The notes under the pieces were generated by a model. The model was not told the origin of the DNA. It saw only the letters and a program-made list of their open reading frames with translations, and did no database searches. A stretch of 64,000 nt of DNA, taken from assembly GCF_006345805.1 (NCBI RefSeq), contig NC_042997.1, forward strand, positions 26,412,001 through 26,476,000. Direction: 5' to 3'. Below are positions 55,968 to 64,000 of the stretch, in pieces; position 1 is the stretch's first letter; each line of letters starts with the position of its first letter. Both the position numbers and the translations under genes were made by a program. The stretch is from Octopus sinensis (lineage: Eukaryota).

Positions 55968-56350
55968 GCCGGCGAGCTAGCAGATACGTTAGCACGCCGG
56001 GCGAAATGCGTAGCCCTATTTCGTCTGCCGTTACTTTCTGAGTTCAAATTCTGCCGAGGTCGACTTTGTCTTTCATCCTTTCGGGATCGATAAATTAAGT
56101 ACCAGTTACGCACTGGGGTCGATGTAATCGACTTAATACCTATGTCTGTCCTTGTTTGTCCCCTCTGTGTTTAGCCCCTTGTGGATAGTAAAGAAATAGG
56201 TATTTCGTCCGCCGCTACGTTCTGAGTTCAAATTCCACCGAGATCAACTTTGCCTTTCATTCTTTCAGGAATGGGGTGCGTACTGGGATCGATCTAATCG
56301 TCTGGCTCCCTCCCTACAAAATTTCAGGCCTTGTGCCTAGAGTAGAAAAC
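55968..56350 (+). mobile_element. SINE family A dimer (second unit with alternative tail)
   Basis: Junction aaagaaataggtatttc near 56190; 16-bp TSD aataagtaatgtttga. Confidence 0.9.
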
Positions 56351-56482
56351 AATAAGTAATGTTTGAGCCAAGATGTTATACGTTCTCTGTTTGACGAACC
56401 TTAGTGACTAATGGAATTCAGTTAACAACAGAATAGAGAGAAAAGAGAACAATAAAACTAACGTGTAAATATATATTAAAAG

Positions 56483-56806
56483 GAGCACTCCGTCGGTTAC
56501 GACGACGAGGGTCCCAGCTGATATGATCAGCAGAACAGCCTGATCGTGAAATTAACGTGCAAGTGGCTGAGCACTCCACAGACACGTGTACCCTTAACGT
56601 AGTTCTCAGGGAGATTAAGCGTGACACACAGTGTGACAAGGCCGGCCCTTTGAAATACTGGTACAACTCATTTTTGCCAGCTGAGCGGACTGGAGCAACA
56701 TGAAATAAAGTGTCTTGCTCAAGGACACAACGCGTCGCTTGGAATCGAACTCACGACCTTACAATCGTGAGCCGAATGCCCTAACCACTAAGCCACGCGC
56801 CTTCAC
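56483..56806 (-). mobile_element. SINE with family D head and family C type-1 tail
   Basis: Head gtgaaggcgcgtggcttagtggttaggg...gagttcgattcc, core gtgtccttgagcaagacac; 3' ~190 bp matches the tail of 4792-5184. Confidence 0.85.
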
Positions 56807-57356
56807 AAATATATATTAATAAAAATAATATATCATATACAGTAAGTTGATAATCGTGGTATACCTTTAATATAGATATCTCGTTATATCATAATTATGC
56901 ATTGCAGATAAACATGTCATACAAAATTTTTAAAAATTAAAATTCTTCACGCCCACTAAATAGGTACAGCATGATTTTCGTCGAGGTTGTTTAAATCAAA
57001 GTATTGAATTTAAGAATACGCAGACGCAGACCACACACTAATCACAACATACATTCACGCATACATGCATACATACATACTTACATGCATACATACATAC
57101 ATACATACATACATACATACATACATACATACATACATACATACATACATACAAAGAGATATCTATAGATAACATAGAGGTTAGTGCATATATGACAGAA
57201 GTAAATGAAAAATGCTTTATTCTTGAATTATCAAAGACAAGTCAATAATAATTACAGGTGATAGACTTTTTGTTATTCAAATATTTAATGATTTTGTAAT
57301 CTGTAAACGATTGTTTCAGCATATTTTGCATCTGAGATTGCATAAATTTGTATCAG

Positions 57357-57404
57357 GTCAGACAACACAGACAACGATGACGATGGAGAAGGCGAAGGGG
57401 AAAG
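57357..57404 (+). CDS. Candidate 48-nt micro-exon (xSDNTDNDDDGEGEGEx), or 85-nt exon from 57320
   Basis: Purine-rich island, donor AAG|gtacgt, acceptors tttgtatcag and ttgtttcag; frame-preserving length. Confidence 0.4.
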
Positions 57405-57929
57405 GTACGTTTTATATTGCCTCATTTTCAGAATGTTGCAGAAGAATGAAATAAAATGATGACTCTGATACATATATTCTAGAATAAAATAAGAATGAAT
57501 GGAATCTAATTATTTTCCTCTTAAAGCCCGAAGCAGTTAACCAGACGTCCGAATCTTTCGAAAAATTTCCGTGCCAGGCTTCTAAATAATTTTATTGCTT
57601 TCTTCTTTTGATTCTTCCGTTTTAAACTAATCTCCGTACGGTTTGTTTTATCCAGATATTGCTTATACAGACTTAGATAAGGGATGAGAGCCACTTGTTA
57701 CCCCGTTGGCCATTAAGGCTCACAAACAAACAGGCAGAATAGCTAAAATTTTTGAAACTAGGATTAAAAGAATGTTGAAGTTTGAAATATTCAAGTGTTT
57801 GATTAGTTGCTCGCAGTATTGGCAAGAAAATAATTAAGTATCATTCATTATAATTTTATATTGAACTAAATGAACCTATTACGTACATCATCTTACGTAA
57901 TTCTCTCTTTTTCTGAAAACGAAGCAACA

Positions 57930-58050
57930 GAGTGGCTGTATGGTAAGTAGCTTGCTTACCAACCACATGGTTCTGAGTTCAGTCCCACTGCATGGCACCT
58001 TGGGCAAGTGTCTTCTACTATAGCCTCAGGACGACCGAAGCCTTGCGAGT
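57930..58050 (+). mobile_element. SINE family B head fragment
   Basis: gtggctgtatggtaagtagcttgcttaccaaccac...ggcaccttgggcaagtg. Confidence 0.85.
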
Positions 58051-58261
58051 GTATATTTTGAGGAAGTAGTTTGACTTTAGCGTCCCTCAGCGCACATTTC
58101 CAGCGTGTGGCTTTACTTATAGTAGCAGCCTTTAAAATAATGGTGTATTTTTTAAAATTATATACTTAGTATTAATTTTTTAACTTTATTGGTTTTACAC
58201 GCTGGCTTCTTGACAAAATCTTGTATAGATTTTATCCTTATATCTACTTGCTACATACATA

Positions 58262-58293
<32 letters not shown>

Positions 58294-58369
58294 CATTCAT
58301 ACATATACACACATATACATATATGTATTTATATGCATAATATATATGTATATGTCTGTGTGTGTATAC

Positions 58370-58411
<42 letters not shown>

Positions 58412-59984
58412 AAACACACTCACACACACACACACACATATATATATATGCATACAAACATAAGCTTCTATAAGGTTGTATACAACAACACATGCCTATG
58501 ATTATATATCCTGCATACATATCCGGATGCACGTTTTCTAACAACGCAAAATCTTTTGAACCAGAATTTGAAAACACGCTCAAGTCATTTTATAATTCTT
58601 TTAATGCTAAAGATTTTTTTAGATCATGAAAGCCAAGCCGCCCATTTCGCAACAGCAGCCAGCAAAGCAATTTACTATTCATTGATGAGCCTGATTTGTT
58701 GTTGTTGTTGCTGTTGTTGTTCTTGTTGTTTGTATGTGCAACCCTCTTGTAATCAGCTGTGGCTTCACTTTCCAACTGCCAAATTTACATTACCCCGTTG
58801 ACGTCAATCAAGCAGCACTTTTATGCTGCCATTTAACATTCAAAGGAATATATATATATAATATGAACACACACATACACATACACACACATACACACAC
58901 AAACACACAGACACACACACACAGACACACACACACACAGACGCACACACGCACGCACACGCACACACTCATACACGCACGCACATACGTACATACATAC
59001 ACTTACATGCAAATACTTCTCACTACACACTACACAGAAATTTTCACAATCAATGAACCTTCTCTTATCTCTGCTTTGGACATTGAAAGATACAAATACC
59101 CATGGATAACGAGGGTATATCCTATAGATGTATAATCAATGAAAGCAACAACAAGTGAAGAATACGTCACAATACTTCAAAAGATATGATATATGACAAT
59201 CAGAGATTTCACAGTATATAATGTCCCTTAATCTATATACAGCACCTGGTTTGTAGTTAGACCACTATGTATTTATATATGTATGTAAACACATACACAT
59301 TTGTATGTACGTTTGTATACTTACATGGTCTAGTATTTTAGTATTTGAATATAATTGTGTGTGTATGAGTGTGTGCTTGTGTGTGTGTGTGGTTATATGT
59401 ATTGTATGATTGTGTGGGTGGCTGTTTTTCTATATCTGACTTTGGGTATTGACGTGAAACGAGACAGATTTTATTGGCTAGTATGAGAAAACTCTGCTGC
59501 GTTTATCTCTGAAATCCTGAGAAAGTTTTAACATTAACTGGAATCTTTCATAGAAAAACTGATTTTAAGATTCTATTTATATTGTTTCGGAAGGAACCAA
59601 TATAATAGAATCTTACTATCAGCCGAGACAACTTTCTAGTATCTTTGGGAACAAAAGTCAATACATTGAACAAATGTTCAACAATGAAGAAAGCTATGTT
59701 ATTATTTAACAAAAGGTCATCTTTGATCCGGGGAGCTTGCTTGAGACAAGTCGACTTGAAATGAAGCTAGCACCAAGGGCTTGAAGACGTTCGAAACACT
59801 AAGAAATTTTATAGCAGGAGCCAAAAGGATAGCTCATAAATAAGGCAATAAAACCCCTGGTATAAGTGAGCATCGTAGTGTACTCCGTGGTGAATGATTC
59901 TCTACCAGGAAAGACCTCGACCGCAAGAGAACCTATGCAAGAGTAATTTATTTCTGTTTTCTTCCTTATTTTCCACCTCCTAGT

Positions 59985-60013
59985 TGCTGTTGCTGGTGGT
60001 GGTGGTGGTGGTG

Positions 60014-60062
<49 letters not shown>

Positions 60063-60205
60063 CCCACCCACCACCACCACCACCACCACCACTACTACTA
60101 CTGCTACTACTACTACTACTACTCCACCAACCACCACTACCACCACCACCACCACCACCAGCACTACCACCACTACTACTACTACTACTGCCACCACCAC
60201 CACAC
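59985..60205. repeat. (TGG)/(CTA)n/(CCA)n compound microsatellite
   Basis: Direct reading. Confidence 0.95.
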
Positions 60206-60570
60206 CACCACTCCCACTCTCTCACCACCTCCGCCTTCTTCAAACCCACGGATTCCCACCTCTATCTCAACTTCTCCTCCTCCCATCCCTTCCACACCAA
60301 ACGGACCATCCCCTACTCCAAGTTCCTCCACCTCCGACGCTTGTGCAGCCGCGACCAGGATTTCGAGACCCAGTCTCAGTACCTGGCCCGCCTGTTCAGG
60401 CATCGAGGATACCCCCAACCCTGGTCTTGAACGCCCTTGCCCGCGCTCGTCGTATCGACCACACCACGCCTTTCCCCTTCCTCTCACCAACCCCCTAACC
60501 GCACCCCCTTTCCCCTCCTTTTTCACCCCTCCACTCTACCTCTTCGTCGGAGGATACTCCCGCAACAAGC
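60205..60570 (+). mobile_element. Penelope-like RT C-terminal fragment (second, GC-rich subfamily)
   Basis: TSAFFKPTDSHLYLNFSSSHPFHTKRTIPYSKFLHLRRLCS..RGYP matches the PLE RT thumb pattern KPTD..YL...S.HP...K..IPY....RLRR.CS. Confidence 0.85.
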
Positions 60571-60984
60571 AACTTTATTTCTTATTTCTTCCAGCTTTTC
60601 TTTTTTCTTTGTCTTTTTTTCATTTCTTTCCTTACGTCTTTTATATTATTTTAATATTTTTTTGTTTTTTGTTTTTTTTTATTATTTTATTGTTTTTATA
60701 AATTATTGTCCTTATACAGAAACACATACACACACACATACTCACGTATCCACGAACACAAACATACCGCCAACACACCACACACATACAACATACATGC
60801 ACATATACGCACACATACTTCCACACACATACACACACGTACACATACACAAATACACAAATAATAATATATTATTATTATATATATATATATATTATAT
60901 ATATATATATATTATAATATATATGTACACACATATATATATGTTATGCACACATATACATACATATATTTATACAAATGTATA

Positions 60985-61150
60985 TAAGTGTGTGTCATGA
61001 TTTCTGTGTTTACCCCCACCACCGCTTGACAACCGCTGTTGGTGTGTTTACGTACCCTTAATATAGCAGTTCGGCAAAAGAGAGTGATAGAAAAGTACTT
61101 GCGTTGATTTGTTCTATCAAAGGCAGTGTCGTAGTGTAATGAATGGAACA
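60985..61150 (+). mobile_element. SINE family B 3' fragment
   Basis: caccaccgcttgacaaccgctgttggtgtgtttacg...gcagttcggcaaaagag. Confidence 0.65.
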
Positions 61151-62108
61151 ATAAAAAAAACAAAAAAAACAATTAAAAAAATGTAGTAGACAACTCCGAA
61201 CATATGAAATTATTATGGCGACAGCAGCAATTTGTGTTCTGGCAGAATTAAAAATGACATAGCATACGACGTTACACAGTGAATATTGTTGATACACAAA
61301 CGAAGAATTACCTATATTAGCTAGAGAAAAGACGTTCTTTTTATTAGAAAATACTGAAAAATATATGAAAGCAAATATATCATGCATTGTTTGGGAATTA
61401 TTTGGAGGAAAACGTCATAGATATTTATACGGCAGTGTCGTATTGATGTAGTAAGTTGACAACCCGAGAAAATTGTTTCTGCGTTGTTATAGCTTACAAC
61501 TAATTGCTTTCATATTCATAAAGAAAAAACTCATATTTTATATTTGTACTGTTGCTCGTTTCACAAACAGTATTCAATTGTTAAATGACACTGCACCATT
61601 GTATATTATTGGATTAATAAAACTTACTTCATGTGACAAACTTTTCAGGATTTTTGGAATTCTTCACCAGTGAAATATCCAACTGTTTCTAACGCCATGT
61701 CTTTACAATGTCCACTTGCACGTAAAGACAGAATATACGTGCGTGCGCGCGTACACACACACACACACACAGGCACACGCACACACACATGCACTCGCAT
61801 ACACGCAAATACACGCATACAGATAAAATTCGTCACTTGCTGAGTGTGGAGGAAGTGGAAATACCCAAGATTTTCAACTTAAAACACTAATCTTTTGCGT
61901 TGTCTTATTGGGTGCACGATAGATGTGAACGTATTTGAAACCTCGTGCACGTGTATTTCTAACATATTACAGACAGATGATATTAATTTGACAGCACTGT
62001 AGACGAAAAGAGTGTGCCACGATCGTTTTCTTTTTTATTCGAGTTTTGCTAGCAGGCCCACAGAGGGAGCCCCTTCATGATCGCCGATTAAGAGAAAAGG
62101 AAAGGAAG

Positions 62109-62139
<31 letters not shown>

Positions 62140-62463
62140 TAGATAGATAGATAGATAGAGAGCAGGGGAGAAAGAAAGAGAAAAGAAGAGTACTTTATTG
62201 GTTCTGGAGGAAAGAAACAGAAAGTCATACATGCATACACACATATAAATACTCACACACATACATACTTATGCACACACATATATATATATATATATGA
62301 AAGTATGTATATATACATATATATATGTGCATAAGTATAAGTATATACATACACACATTCACATATATATGAACGTAGTATATATATATATATATGATAT
62401 AATATAAAGATATATATATACAATATATATATATATATATTATATATTATCTATATATATATA

Positions 62464-62494
<31 letters not shown>

Positions 62495-62514
62495 CATATG
62501 TATATATATTATAA

Positions 62515-62647
62515 TTGAAATTTACAGAACAAACAAAAGACGAAGACAGGTGTATAAAAAACAACAAGTGTATTAGTTTAACGCTCGGGAAGGTGAGAAA
62601 ATCTTTCACGTTTCGAGCCTATACTCTTCAGCAGAAAGGAAAACGAG

Positions 62648-62650
<3 letters not shown>
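62515..62650 (-). mobile_element. Solo pLTR-like element with hammerhead-like motif (62603-62638)
   Basis: Reverse complement CTTT CTGCTGA A GAGT ATAG GCTC GAA ACGT G AAAG; flank matches 14112-14300. Confidence 0.7.
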
Positions 62651-62680
<30 letters not shown>

Positions 62681-62724
62681 CTACTTCTAGCATAATGGAT
62701 GTTCACGTAGTGGTCATCCCTCTG

Positions 62725-62768
<44 letters not shown>

Positions 62769-63470
62769 GAAGAAACAACATTTGTTGCAAGGAAATATTG
62801 TCCTGTATTCTCTTGGTCGTGCCAATACACCAGGCTCCTGTTGGTAATACTTGAAATGTCAAAATGACTTGAAATCAAATATAAGCCAAGTCAAACATTA
62901 TTATAAGCAGCTGTCAAAAGATATTTCCTTGCTACAAAAGATTTGCTGAGAAAATGTTGCACTTAACTCTATTACAAATATTTACTTTTCAGCACTGTAT
63001 CATCCGTTACCGTACGCTTATAATGTCAACAAAAACAGCAACAACAATATGAGCCAAGAGGGAGCCACAGCATAGTCACAGGAAATGGCATCAAAAGTCC
63101 CTCAAATCCCACACTACACTATTAAAAATAGATTATACTGGCACAATGACTGAACATGACTAATGAAATCGATCCAAACATGGAACGTTCACACGGTCTT
63201 TTATGTGCTAGAAATAACAGCTCAATCTCTTTCAAGTTAAACTTCACTGCTCCTAAAATGGAAGGACGCATTGAAAATTCTAGCCGTGGTAAATTTCTGA
63301 AAATAACATCGGATGCTTATGACTGGAAAGTGCTTCTTCCTAGGGTCGCTTATTAGACGCGAACAAAAGTGAAGGGGAGTGTTTTTCTCAAGAACACGAT
63401 GCTCGCCAGTCTGGGAATCGAAATCACAATACGTACGCGCGCAAGCTCAGACGCGTATGTATATATATAT

Positions 63471-63752
63471 CACCATCACGTTGTTACACATCGCTGGTCA
63501 CAATGCGTTCGCATTGTTTTAGCCTTTGAATGACGCCACCCCGCTGGCTAAGCGAGCAGGCCAACAGAAGAAAGAGTGGGAAAAAGAGTGGTGAAAGAGT
63601 ACAGCAGGGATCACCACCCCCTGCCGGAGCGTCGTGGAGCTTTTTAGGTGTTTTCGCTCAATAAACACTCACAACGCCCGGTCTGGGAATCGAAACCGCG
63701 ATCCTACGATTGCGAGTCCGCTGCTCTAACCACTGGGCCATTGCGCCTCCAC
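63471..63752 (-). mobile_element. SINE family C, tail type 3
   Basis: Family C head and body; tail ...cgcattgtgaccagcgatgtgtaacaac differs from tail types 1 and 2. Confidence 0.85.
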
Positions 63753-64000
63753 ATGTATATATATATATATGCGTGTAAACTCGTTGAAGATTCGATCACG
63801 AGATCTCCTAATGACAATGTAAATTTCATATGATCAAGGTATACTCGGCCTGAAGAGTAGTTTGCGGTCTACCCTTCGTTTGGATAATTTACTACTTCCG
63901 AGGTTTCGCTAGCTATGAAACACCAAACCCAGGAAAGCATTCCGTCCGAAGTATTAGAGATTCTGCCAGCTCGTCACATTATTCAATGCTTTAATAGTCT

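Noticed and set aside
58505-58630. Protein-like frame GCTFSNNAKSFEPEFENTLKSFYNSFNAKDFFRS*
   Set aside because: No start or splice signals and no known motif.
62803-62855. Possible exon GNIVLYSLGRANTPGSCW with donor gtaata
   Set aside because: Weak acceptor and no other support.
63845-63980. Hammerhead-like CTGAAGA...GAAAC...GTC near the window end
   Set aside because: The GTC and stem I partner belong to a degenerate minus-strand SINE-A head; stems are poor.

Overview
Eukaryotic, AT-rich, repeat-saturated, essentially non-coding DNA (large intron or intergenic). The SINE families and microsatellite load are most consistent with an octopus/coleoid cephalopod genome (inference). No intact host CDS is recognisable; almost all ORFs in the track are microsatellite or satellite artefacts. 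Supported content: (1) RLE-type (R4/Dong-like) LINEs sitting in (TAA)n arrays: two young tandem copies at 22.7-26.3 kb and older ones at 28.2-31.7 kb; (2) Penelope-like elements (RT + GIY-YIG at 14.3-15.8 kb, a second subfamily at 60.2 kb) plus four dispersed ~180-bp pLTR-like pieces carrying a minimal hammerhead-like motif; (3) four mariner/Tc1 relics, including a 5'-5' inverted mariner derivative; (4) four non-autonomous Helitrons, a hAT element with an 8-bp TSD and an RTE 3' fragment; (5) about 40 tRNA-derived SINE copies in four head families (labelled A-D here), with fixed-junction SINE-A multimers and modular head/tail swapping; (6) an 11-unit polypyrimidine satellite, a 457-bp tandem repeat, two long near-perfect hairpins and a locally templated inverted duplication; (7) a few weak micro-exon candidates on the + strand. 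Coordinates of degenerate repeats are approximate.
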